DNA of 64,000 nucleotides from Acidimicrobiia bacterium (GTDB lineage Bacteria; Actinomycetota; Acidimicrobiia; Spongiisociales; ZC4RG35). Positions 19,421-28,406 of the stretch are shown in pieces (the stretch's first letter is position 1; each line of letters starts with the position of its first letter). A program made the translations under genes and the position numbers. The stretch spans positions 1,184,001 through 1,248,000 of the forward strand of contig CBDBCY010000004.1 in assembly GCA_965203555.1 (NCBI GenBank), given 5' to 3'. The notes below the pieces were generated by a model. The model worked only from the letters and a program-made list of their open reading frames with translations, did no database searches and was not told where the DNA came from.

Positions 19421-20451
19421 CCGTTCGGCCGATCCTCGAGGCGCGCGGCCTTGCGAAGACGTTTTCGTCGAGACGCTCGGTGGGAGATGTCATCTTCCGT
19501 CGGCCCACCGAGAAGTTGCAGGCCCTGGAGGACGTGAGTTTCCAGGTGGTGCGGGGGGAGAGTCTGGGCATCGTCGGCGAGTCGGGATGCGGCAAGTCCA
19601 CCCTGGCCCGGTGCCTGGTGGGTCTGTACCCACCCACGTCGGGACAGACCGTCTACGAGGGACGGGAATTCGATGAGAAACGGGCCTTCTCGGACCGGAA
19701 GAAGATCCAGATCGTGTTCCAGGACCCCTACTCCTCGCTCAACGCCCGGATGACGGTCGGTCAGGCCCTGCGGGAGGTGCTCCGGGTGCATAAGGTCGTG
19801 GCTTCCGACCGGGTGGCCGACCGGGCAGTCGAGTTGTTGGCGCTGGTGGGCCTCGGCGCCGAAATCGCCAATGTCTACCCCCGCCAACTGTCGGGAGGCC
19901 AGCGACAGCGGGTGAACATCGCCCGCGCCCTGGCGGTGGAGCCCGAGGTTCTCATCGCCGACGAGCCGGTCTCGGCGCTGGATGTCTCGATCCAGGCCAC
20001 CGTCCTGAATCTGTTGGCCTCGCTTCGGGAGCGGCTGGGCCTGACGCTGATCCTGATCGCCCACGACCTGAGCGTGGTCAGATACCTGTGCGACCGGGTA
20101 GCGGTGATGTACATGGGCCGGATAGTGGAGATCGCCGCCACCGAGGAACTCTTCGAAGACCCCCGCCACCCCTACACCCAGGCGCTGCTGGCGGCCGCAC
20201 CCAGCCTGGAGAGAAAGAGCCGCGACGACGCCCGGTCCATCGGAGGAGACCCTCCCAGTCCCTTCGACCTGCCTGAGGGATGCCCCTTCCACCCCCGGTG
20301 CCCGGTGGCCACCGGCCACTGCGCCACGGTCCGACCTCCCCTTGAGGAGGCACCTGGCGACTTGGTTCACCGTGCCGCCTGCCACTACGCCTGGGAACCC
20401 GTGGCCGCCCATCACACCCCCTTGACCCGAGGAGAGGAGAATCTCCGATGA
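19417..20451 (+). CDS. DppF-like ABC ATPase
   Basis: GESGCGKST, LSGGQRQR, HPYTQAL, GCPFHPRC. Confidence 0.93.
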   Translation: MTVRPILEARGLAKTFSSRRSVGDVIFRRPTEKLQALEDVSFQVVRGESLGIVGESGCGKSTLARCLVGLYPPTSGQTVYEGREFDEKRAFSDRKKIQIVFQDPYSSLNARMTVGQALREVLRVHKVVASDRVADRAVELLALVGLGAEIANVYPRQLSGGQRQRVNIARALAVEPEVLIADEPVSALDVSIQATVLNLLASLRERLGLTLILIAHDLSVVRYLCDRVAVMYMGRIVEIAATEELFEDPRHPYTQALLAAAPSLERKSRDDARSIGGDPPSPFDLPEGCPFHPRCPVATGHCATVRPPLEEAPGDLVHRAACHYAWEPVAAHHTPLTRGEENLR

Positions 20452-21644
20452 GCGTGACGATATTGCAAGCAAGACAGGTCCTGACCGGCGGGGACGATCC
20501 CCCCATTCACAACGGCGGAGTCCGGGTGAGGGGATCGAAGATCGTGGCGGTGGGGCGGGCGGATGGCATCCGCGAGCCGGAGGACGAGGTACTTGATCTC
20601 GGCGAGGCAACGCTGCTGCCGGGGCTGGTGGAGTGCCACGAGCACCTCTCGGGGCACGACCGTTACGCGATCGGCGACCCGAGCGTGGTGGAGCCCGACA
20701 TGATGTATGCCCTGGTGGGCACCTACCACGCTCGTCGGCTGGTGCGAATCGGGGTGACGACCGCCCGGATCCCCGGTGCGCCGGGACACATCGACCTGAT
20801 GATCCGCCGGGCCGTCCGGGAGGGATACCTGCTGGGTCCCAAGATGGTGTGCGCGGGGGAACTGATCGTAATGACCGGCGGGCATGGCTCGATGTGGGGA
20901 GCGGAGGTGGACGGTCCCTGGGAAGCGAAGAAAGCCGCCCGCGCCCAGCTCAAGGCAGGCGCCGACTTCGTGAAGATCGTCGCCTCGGGAGGAGTGGGGA
21001 TCACCCGGGAGGGAGAGCTTCCCTCCCAGCCTGAGTTGTCGGTGGTGGAGATGGCCGCCGCGGCGGAGGCGGTGCACTCGGCCGACCGGCGGATCACGGC
21101 CCACGCCGACGGTGTGCCCGGAATTTCCAACGCCCTGGAGGCGGGGGTGGACTGCATCGAGCACGGGATCTACCTGAACGCCGATCAAGCCAAGTTCATG
21201 GCCGACAACGGGGTGGCGCTGGTGCCCACCCTCTCGACCATGCAGGGGATCTACCACCACGGGATCGAGTACGGGATGCCCGAGACCTGGATCCCGATCG
21301 CCGAGGCGATCCTCGAACCGCATCTCGACTCCTTCCAGCATGCCCTCGACGCCGGGGTCCACTTCGCCACCGGCACCGACGGGTTCGGCGACATCGTGGA
21401 CGAGATGATCATCTTCACCACCTTCGGGATCGACAACTACCGGGCCATCCAGTCGGCCACCCGGGACGCCGCCCTGGTCATCTCGCCGTATCCCGATTTC
21501 GGGGTGCTGGAGGAAGGCAAGGCCGCCGACATCATCGCGGTGGACGGCGATCCCCTGGACGATCTCAATGTCCTGCGGTCGGTCCGGTTCGTGATGATCG
21601 ACGGAGAGATACTGGTCTCCGACGGTTCGGTAAGAGAGGAGTGA
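20448..21644 (+). CDS. Metal-dependent amidohydrolase (prolidase-like subgroup)
   Basis: LPGLVECHEH, GADFVK, AHA, IEHG, GTD, GKAADII. Confidence 0.9.
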   Translation: MSVTILQARQVLTGGDDPPIHNGGVRVRGSKIVAVGRADGIREPEDEVLDLGEATLLPGLVECHEHLSGHDRYAIGDPSVVEPDMMYALVGTYHARRLVRIGVTTARIPGAPGHIDLMIRRAVREGYLLGPKMVCAGELIVMTGGHGSMWGAEVDGPWEAKKAARAQLKAGADFVKIVASGGVGITREGELPSQPELSVVEMAAAAEAVHSADRRITAHADGVPGISNALEAGVDCIEHGIYLNADQAKFMADNGVALVPTLSTMQGIYHHGIEYGMPETWIPIAEAILEPHLDSFQHALDAGVHFATGTDGFGDIVDEMIIFTTFGIDNYRAIQSATRDAALVISPYPDFGVLEEGKAADIIAVDGDPLDDLNVLRSVRFVMIDGEILVSDGSVREE

Positions 21645-21648
21645 GATA

Positions 21649-22653
21649 ATGGATGTCGGATTTCCCGAGTTGTTCCAAGCCGCAATGGAATCGGTGCGGC
21701 GCTGTCAGGTCACCGCGGATGAACGGGTGGTCGTCTATACCGATTCGGAGAAGAACCCGGCAATGGTCGAAGCCTGGTACGCGGCCGCGCTGGCCACCGG
21801 CGCCGACGTCACCCTGATACGGGCCACGGCTCGCTTTCCGGAGACGGATCCCCCCGAGGTGGCGCTCACCGCCATGAGATCGGCCGACATCGTGTTCGAT
21901 CTCGCCTCCAACACCTGGCTGTACGCTCCGGGCCTTCCCCCAATCATCGAGGCGGGCGCCCGGATCCTGCAGGTCCTGGTTCCGGAGCGTTCCATCATCG
22001 ACCGGCCCCCCACCGACGACATCCTGTGGAGAGCGGACATCTCCGAGGAGTTGACCGCCGGCACCCAGGAGATCCACATCACCAGTCCCCTGGGGACCGA
22101 CCTCCGGGGTAGACGGGGCGACCGCCCGTGGCACGCCCAGCGGGGTTATGTGTGGGAGTCGCGCCAGTGGGACAGCTACGGGGTGTGCATGATCAACTGC
22201 GCTCCGGAAGTGGAGACGGTGGAGGGAGTGGTCTACTTCAACGGTCCGATGATCCTCTTTCCGCAGTACTGCTACACCACCAAGACGCCGATCCGCGTCG
22301 AGGTCGAGGCGGGACGGATCGTCCACATCGACACCGATCACGAGGAGGCCCGGGTCTTCGACCGCTGGATCCGCCAGTTCGACGATCCCAACCTCTACCT
22401 GGTGGCCCATCTCGGCTTCGGGTTCGACCCCAGGGCCGACCTGGAGTCGTTCGACCTCGCCGCCTGGGAGAGCTACTACGGCGGCGTGGTGGTGGCCTTC
22501 GGCGCCAACACGGCTCCCCAACTCGGCGGAGGCATAAGCGCCACGGGGCACATGGACGGCATCCTCCTGGAGGCAAACCTCACCCTGGACGGCGTCCCGA
22601 TCATCGAAGGCGGGGAGTTCGTGGAGTCAACAGGCCTACGGTCGGCCGCCTGA
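21649..22653 (+). CDS. NicX-like (2,5-dihydroxypyridine dioxygenase / M29 fold) metalloenzyme
   Basis: SPLGTDL, FDDPNLYLVAHLGFGFDPRA, FGANT and GHMD align with my recollection of the NicX C-terminal metal-ligand region. Confidence 0.75.
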   Translation: MDVGFPELFQAAMESVRRCQVTADERVVVYTDSEKNPAMVEAWYAAALATGADVTLIRATARFPETDPPEVALTAMRSADIVFDLASNTWLYAPGLPPIIEAGARILQVLVPERSIIDRPPTDDILWRADISEELTAGTQEIHITSPLGTDLRGRRGDRPWHAQRGYVWESRQWDSYGVCMINCAPEVETVEGVVYFNGPMILFPQYCYTTKTPIRVEVEAGRIVHIDTDHEEARVFDRWIRQFDDPNLYLVAHLGFGFDPRADLESFDLAAWESYYGGVVVAFGANTAPQLGGGISATGHMDGILLEANLTLDGVPIIEGGEFVESTGLRSAA

Positions 22654-22771
22654 CAGAATACGGGGGGTCTCAGCCAGGCACCGGGGAACCGACCGCCCAC
22701 CGGGCCTTGACCGGTCGCCGGGCCAGGTGGGGCGAGTCCGGGGTGGCTTCCAGCCTTTTAACCTTCCGGTT

Positions 22772-24037
22772 ATGACGGCCAACGACCGACCGCGGCAACG
22801 GACCATGGGCGAGTGGGAGTTCATCTTCATGCTGGCCGCCATCACCGGCACCACCGCGGTGGGGATCGACATGACCCTTCCGGCCTTCAGTGAGATCCGG
22901 GTCGGGTTCGGTCTGGCCCCCGACTCGCCGCAGGTGGCGCTCACGGTCACCCTGTACTTTCTGGGTCTGGCCAGCGCCCAGTTGTTATACGGTCCGTTCG
23001 CCGATCGGTTCGGACGCAAACCCGTGCTCTATGCGAGCTTTGGCATCTACGCTCTCGGCGCGCTGGCCTCGGCCCTTGCGCCAACTTTCGGGGTGCTCAT
23101 CGCCAGCCGCTTCATCTGGGGCGTCGGCGCCGCCGGGCCACGAGCCCTCACCCTGGCCCTCGGCCGCGATCTGTATGAGGGAGATCAACTTGCCCGCACA
23201 ATGGCCGTTGTGGCCTCGATATTCATGGCGGTCCCGGCCTTGGCGCCCCTGGTCGCCCAGGCGGTGTTGAGCGTGGGATCGTGGCGTTGGGTCATGGCCG
23301 CCCCCACTGCCATCGTTCTAATGGTGGCCCTGTGGCTCATCCGGCTACCGGAGTCGCTTCCCCGGGACCGGCGTCGCCCGCTCACTCTCGCCCATACCCG
23401 CCGGGCCATCGCCGCGGTCTTTTCCAACCGGTTGACCATCGGGTCGACGCTGGCGGTCATGTTCGAATACGGCTCCCTCGCCGCCTTCCTGGGGAGCATT
23501 CAACTCCTCTTCGACGACGTGTACGACCGAAGCGACCAACTGGCCTACTACTTCACAGGGATGAGCCTGTTCATGGGGGCGGCGGTCTTCGCATTGAGCC
23601 AGCAGGTGAAGAGAGTCGGCGCCGACCGGGTGATCATCGTAGTCCTGCCGTGCCTGGTAATAGTGGCGACCGCGCTGGCCCTGTGGTCGTGGCAGGCCGA
23701 CGGGCGGCCGATGTTCCTGGCCTGGTTCGCCCTGGTCACTTTGATCAACTCTCTCAAAACGGTGATCCATCCACTGGTCCTGGCCCGGGCAATGCATCCG
23801 ATGGGCGACCTGGCCGGAACCGCCGCGGCGGTGATCGGTACGATCGCAATGGGGGGCGGCGCGGTGCTCGCCAGCTTCGTAGACCGCGCCATCGCCGGAT
23901 CGGTCACGCCGTTGGCCGTGGCCTACGCAGGGTACGGTGCGATCGCCCTCACCCTCGTTCTCTGGGCACGGCGGACCCGACCGGTCCCGGTCATCTCAGA
24001 CGCCACCGACGTTAAGGGTCTGAGTGATATGCAGTGA
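22772..24037 (+). CDS. Bcr/CflA-family MFS transporter
   Basis: IDMTLPAF, GPFADRFGRKPV, about 12 hydrophobic segments. Confidence 0.9.
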   Translation: MTANDRPRQRTMGEWEFIFMLAAITGTTAVGIDMTLPAFSEIRVGFGLAPDSPQVALTVTLYFLGLASAQLLYGPFADRFGRKPVLYASFGIYALGALASALAPTFGVLIASRFIWGVGAAGPRALTLALGRDLYEGDQLARTMAVVASIFMAVPALAPLVAQAVLSVGSWRWVMAAPTAIVLMVALWLIRLPESLPRDRRRPLTLAHTRRAIAAVFSNRLTIGSTLAVMFEYGSLAAFLGSIQLLFDDVYDRSDQLAYYFTGMSLFMGAAVFALSQQVKRVGADRVIIVVLPCLVIVATALALWSWQADGRPMFLAWFALVTLINSLKTVIHPLVLARAMHPMGDLAGTAAAVIGTIAMGGGAVLASFVDRAIAGSVTPLAVAYAGYGAIALTLVLWARRTRPVPVISDATDVKGLSDMQ

Positions 24038-24213
24038 TTGTTTGTCGAAAGAGTTGAGCAAGGAAGTGGCTTCCAAAAAGCCCCCGTAACAGAAGCTGTG
24101 GGTTGCGTGGGCAGCCTTGCCTATCCTGCTCTGATTCTGTCCGCCAACTCACCGCTTCAGGTAGGGTTACGAATGGGCAAAGTCTTTGATCCATACCAAC
24201 CTGGGAGGCTGGA

Positions 24214-25527
24214 ATGCGGCTCGACATCGTGAACGGGCACCTCGTTACCGGTGACGGTCGGTCCTTCCTGGAGGACACTTCCGTCACCACCGAAGACGGG
24301 CTGATCATCGATCTCCACCGCATCCGGCACCTCCCTTACCGGGTGTACTCCCATCGGGTCCTCGATGCCGAGGGCGGCCTCATACTGCCGGGACTGATCA
24401 ACATTCATGCGCATGTGGTGAGCTTCGGTCCGCTCTGTCCGGGGCTTCCGAGGGAAGGTGCTCCCGAAGAGAGGATTGTTGCGAACCTCGACAACCACTT
24501 GCTGCAAGGGACGACAACGGTGCTCAGCCTGGACGGATTCGGGTTGCCGTTCGAGAACGACGCCATCAACAAGATTCATCCGGTGAACGTCAAGATGTCG
24601 ACTCTCCACACGCCGAAAAACATCGCCTCAGGAGAAATGGGCGGCAACCGATTGGGCCCTTACCACCGCCGATTCGCCGCCGAGACGGCCGTGGCCTCGG
24701 GCGCGGTGGCCATGGGAGAAGTGGGTTCCTGGGCCACGACCGGAGCAACCTATGAGAAGAACCTGCGGTTGGACCAGCCGATTTCGGTGAGCGACGCGCT
24801 TGCGCTGGATGCTGCCTACCTGTCGGGAGACGCCCCTGCGATGGTTCGCATCATCGAAAGGGCCGGCCTGGGACCGATGACCCTGGATGAAGCGAAAACG
24901 CTGGTCAGGGAGACCAGCGTAGAACCGATGGCGGCGGCCAGGGCAGCGATCCTCGAGAGCATCGACTATGCACCGAGACTGGGCATCCCCGCCCTGTGCC
25001 ACACCGAACCGGACACCTACGACGTGATCGGGGAGGTCGCCAGGGAAATCGGCCACCAGATGGTGGCGCTGCACGCCAACTACCACGCCACCCCCGAAGA
25101 GGCGGTCGGAATCGCCAGGGAGGTCAGGGGTTACGGAGGCTTCGTGGAAGTGATCACCGCCGACCACTTCGGCGCCGGCCAGTTGGAGCCCAGTCCGGAA
25201 ACCGCTTTCGCCCTGCTGGCCGAGGGACTGGTCGACGCCCTGTCCACGGACTACTCCGGCGGCTACCACGATCCCATCCTGCTGTTGATCCAAAAGGCCG
25301 TGGAGAGCGGAGTGGTCTCACTACCGCAGGCCGTGAGACTCGCCACCAGCTCCCCGTCCGGCATTGTCCCCGGCATGGCACCCGGCAGGGGACTGATCGA
25401 ACCGGGACATGTCGCCGATATGGTCGTGGTCGACAGAGACGACATCACCCGGGTGAGGGACGTCATCATCGGCGGTCGAATAGTGGTGGAGAACGGACGA
25501 CGCGTAAGCAGGTCAGGCACTTCCTGA
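24214..25527 (+). CDS. Divergent amidohydrolase-superfamily protein
   Basis: ILPGLINIHAH, LSTDY, RGLIEPGHVADMVVV. Confidence 0.8.
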   Translation: MRLDIVNGHLVTGDGRSFLEDTSVTTEDGLIIDLHRIRHLPYRVYSHRVLDAEGGLILPGLINIHAHVVSFGPLCPGLPREGAPEERIVANLDNHLLQGTTTVLSLDGFGLPFENDAINKIHPVNVKMSTLHTPKNIASGEMGGNRLGPYHRRFAAETAVASGAVAMGEVGSWATTGATYEKNLRLDQPISVSDALALDAAYLSGDAPAMVRIIERAGLGPMTLDEAKTLVRETSVEPMAAARAAILESIDYAPRLGIPALCHTEPDTYDVIGEVAREIGHQMVALHANYHATPEEAVGIAREVRGYGGFVEVITADHFGAGQLEPSPETAFALLAEGLVDALSTDYSGGYHDPILLLIQKAVESGVVSLPQAVRLATSSPSGIVPGMAPGRGLIEPGHVADMVVVDRDDITRVRDVIIGGRIVVENGRRVSRSGTS

Positions 25528-25649
25528 GAGTTCTCGGCCCCTCAGCGCTATTGGGGTCGGGTGGGAAGACGGGACTCGTTTATGGTGGTGTCGGCGACGT
25601 GTTGCGGTGATGGGTTGTTTCGTATGCGACGGTGGAGCCTCGCCCTCGT

Positions 25650-28064
25650 CTAGTGCGCGATCTCCAGGGTTGGTTTGAGTCTGTCGAGGTGGTTCAAACC
25701 CCAGCATTCCACGGTGTGGTCGGGTCTCAGTCCGCAGGTGCGCAGATCACCTGCTCCGATGTCGATGAAGAGACCACCCGGAACCGCCGTTTCGCCCTCT
25801 TCGTCGGAACCCCAACACTCCGCTGTGCCGTTGGGCCGCAGGCCACAAGCGTGGTTCCATCCGGCCTCCACACGGGTGAATCGACCCGGAGGAGGGGTTG
25901 ACTTGCCGTTGTAGTCGGAGCCCCAGCACTCCACTGTGCCGTCGGGCCGCAGGCCGCAACTGTAGAAGCCGCCACTGCTGAGCGATGTGAATTCACCAGA
26001 CGGCGGGAGAGTTTCACCGTGGAAATCCCGGCCCCAGCAACTCACCGTGCCGTCCTCCCGGATCCCGCAGGCGTGCGCCCAGCCGGTGCCGATGGAGGTG
26101 AACCTCTCACTGGGCATCGGGTGATCAATCTCCCTCCCCTTGACTGCTCCCCAACAGTCGACCGTGCCGTCCAAGCGAAGCCCACAGGTCTGTGAACCGC
26201 CGGTGCTTATGGACATGAATTCTCCGCCGGGCGGCGGGGTTCCACCGATGTCCTGGCCCCAGCACTCGACGGTCCTGTCAACTCGAACGCCACAAGCCCT
26301 GTCTCCCACGCTGACCGATTGCATGCTCCCTATCGGCGACGAATCGAAGCCCAACCAGTCCCAACAGACCACGATGCCGTTGAGGCGAGTACCGCATATC
26401 CCCCGCCCCACTTGTATCGAGGCGAATCCACTGGTCAGAGCAGTGGCGTTTACCTTAACCTTGTAGGAGTCATCCAAGCGCTCAACAACCTCTAGTTCGA
26501 AGTTCACAAAGGATCCCCTCCTCTGGTAGAACACGGACAGGTTAGCCGTCCAGGACTCTCCGACACCAAGAACCACGGCGCCGTCGGATCTCGAACCCGG
26601 AGGCAGGAAAACCCGTTTGCAAGGCACCACCCACGGATTGCAGAAATCTATCTCATGTATCTCTATACCTTCATCGGTGATGCTGAGGTCGTATCCCTCC
26701 CTTGTTCTGGCGCCAACGGCAATCACCCTGTCCGCCGTCACCGGTAGGAGCAACAGTTTCTGACCGCTATCCGACCGGGGAGAGGCAAGGAAGTACTCCG
26801 CGCTTGCATCCTGGTGTACCACCACCTCCGAGGGGTCCAGCCATCCGGTGTGAAACAGATTGTGGGCGTGGGTGCCTATCAAACTTCTGCCCATTGCCAT
26901 GACATCCATACCGGTGATCAGTGGCTGGGAAGCGCCGGGTTCGGCAAGGTTATGAGGCCAACCCAGGGTATGACCTATCTCGTGAGCGTAGATTCCGATG
27001 TGGTAGATCCCACCTGCGTCTACCCAGGCGTTTCGGTAAAACTTGCCCTCCCGGGAATCGAATGATCCTTGGAACGCCAACCCGGCAATGCCCCCGCCCA
27101 GGGGACTTCCGACAAAGACATGCGTACCCTCCACACGCCTCACATGTCGACTGTTGTCACCGCACCCCCTCAGAATGGCCGAGACTTCGGGGGTGGGGTC
27201 TTCTCCGTGTTGGAATCGTATCCGGTATTGACCACCCGACAGCCACTCGAAATAGGGGGCGAGTTTCCGGTTCAGGAAGGAGGGCACATCCTCTGTGATG
27301 TTGGCCCTCTCGCACATCCATACATTCCATGGGTCCTCTCCGACGGCGAGGGATTGCACTATGTCGCGGCCGGGTGCGTAGTCCAGAACGGCTTGCAGGT
27401 CCGCGGCCTGCAGCGCTCTGGCCAGAAAGGAGGCCATGGTGTCTCTTCTCACCAGGTCCTCGGGGCAGTAACGGAGAGGATCGACTCCGCACCCTCGGGT
27501 GATTCCCGAGGCCAGAACCGCTTCGGCTGCTTCAAGATAGGAGGCGTCAGGACCCACGTCAGAGAAGGAAGACGAGGTGGTCCCGTCGGGAATGTTCAGC
27601 CGGAAAGCCCTGTGGAGGAAGACCGCCATCTCTGATCTGAGCAAGGGATCGTTAGGTCGGTAACCACCCGATACCACGGTGTCGGTTAGCCCGTTTGCTC
27701 CCATTGCTTCCACGAAAGGCGTGTACCAGGCGCCTTCGGCCACGTCGGAATACACACTCAGGTAGGGCACGGTCGTGTCAAGGCGAAGGGCGCGGGCCAA
27801 GAAAGTGGCAATCTGTGCTCTGGTTACGTGTTGTTCAGGGCAGTAACGAGGTCCCTCGAGGTCACATCCAACCGTCACTCCCCGTTCGACGATGTAGCGG
27901 ATGTCCTCCTCGTGGGGATTGCCTTCAATGTCAACGAACCCGCCTCCGTTCCCAGCAGGGGGGCCCTGAGCCAGAGCCGGCATGCTCGCCACCGCCACCA
28001 ACATGACCAGGGAGGCCAGCGAGATACACCCCTGCATGGTCTGAAACCGCCCCTTGACAATCAT
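25650..28064 (-). CDS. Secreted protein: SLH-like repeats + zincin (HEIGHTLGWPH) + RCC1-like repeats
   Basis: Signal peptide; GC..RYCP..VTRAQIATFLARAL; HExxHxxGxxH; about six to seven CGLRPDGTVECWG-type repeats. Confidence 0.85.
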   Translation of the reverse strand: MIVKGRFQTMQGCISLASLVMLVAVASMPALAQGPPAGNGGGFVDIEGNPHEEDIRYIVERGVTVGCDLEGPRYCPEQHVTRAQIATFLARALRLDTTVPYLSVYSDVAEGAWYTPFVEAMGANGLTDTVVSGGYRPNDPLLRSEMAVFLHRAFRLNIPDGTTSSSFSDVGPDASYLEAAEAVLASGITRGCGVDPLRYCPEDLVRRDTMASFLARALQAADLQAVLDYAPGRDIVQSLAVGEDPWNVWMCERANITEDVPSFLNRKLAPYFEWLSGGQYRIRFQHGEDPTPEVSAILRGCGDNSRHVRRVEGTHVFVGSPLGGGIAGLAFQGSFDSREGKFYRNAWVDAGGIYHIGIYAHEIGHTLGWPHNLAEPGASQPLITGMDVMAMGRSLIGTHAHNLFHTGWLDPSEVVVHQDASAEYFLASPRSDSGQKLLLLPVTADRVIAVGARTREGYDLSITDEGIEIHEIDFCNPWVVPCKRVFLPPGSRSDGAVVLGVGESWTANLSVFYQRRGSFVNFELEVVERLDDSYKVKVNATALTSGFASIQVGRGICGTRLNGIVVCWDWLGFDSSPIGSMQSVSVGDRACGVRVDRTVECWGQDIGGTPPPGGEFMSISTGGSQTCGLRLDGTVDCWGAVKGREIDHPMPSERFTSIGTGWAHACGIREDGTVSCWGRDFHGETLPPSGEFTSLSSGGFYSCGLRPDGTVECWGSDYNGKSTPPPGRFTRVEAGWNHACGLRPNGTAECWGSDEEGETAVPGGLFIDIGAGDLRTCGLRPDHTVECWGLNHLDRLKPTLEIAH

Positions 28065-28271
28065 GTCGGCTTAAAACACCCATGCTGAGTATTGCGGCGA
28101 AGGCCTACAGAAGAAGGTAGGACTCGGAGTTTCGGTCCGAGGCAGTGCGGATCGTGGTCGAGATGTCTGATGATATAAGTTTCTCTGTCTCTTGGCCTGG
28201 ATGCCAAGCCGTCTAGGGAGATAAAGTAGCAAATCGCTCATGAGGCCCTTGAAAAGCCCCCCTGGGCGCCC

Positions 28272-28290
28272 TTGTGATATTTTGTCACAT
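28272..28290. promoter_or_regulatory. Palindromic operator in the hydantoinase promoter region
   Basis: TGTGATATTTTGTCACA inverted repeat just downstream of TTGAAA. Confidence 0.5.
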
Positions 28291-28406
28291 ATCTCCTAAG
28301 ATACGATCCATGTCGCTTCCATCGCTTGATCCCGATCAGAGACCCGGGGTCGTCATTGGCCCGGAGGCAATGGCGAGGCGCAGGCGGAAGTAAGGTCAAC
28401 TTTCTG

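Noticed and set aside
25680-26400. CRISPR-like periodic repeats
   Set aside because: These are degenerate coding repeats of about 111 bp (RCC1-like) with no identical repeat-spacer structure and no cas genes
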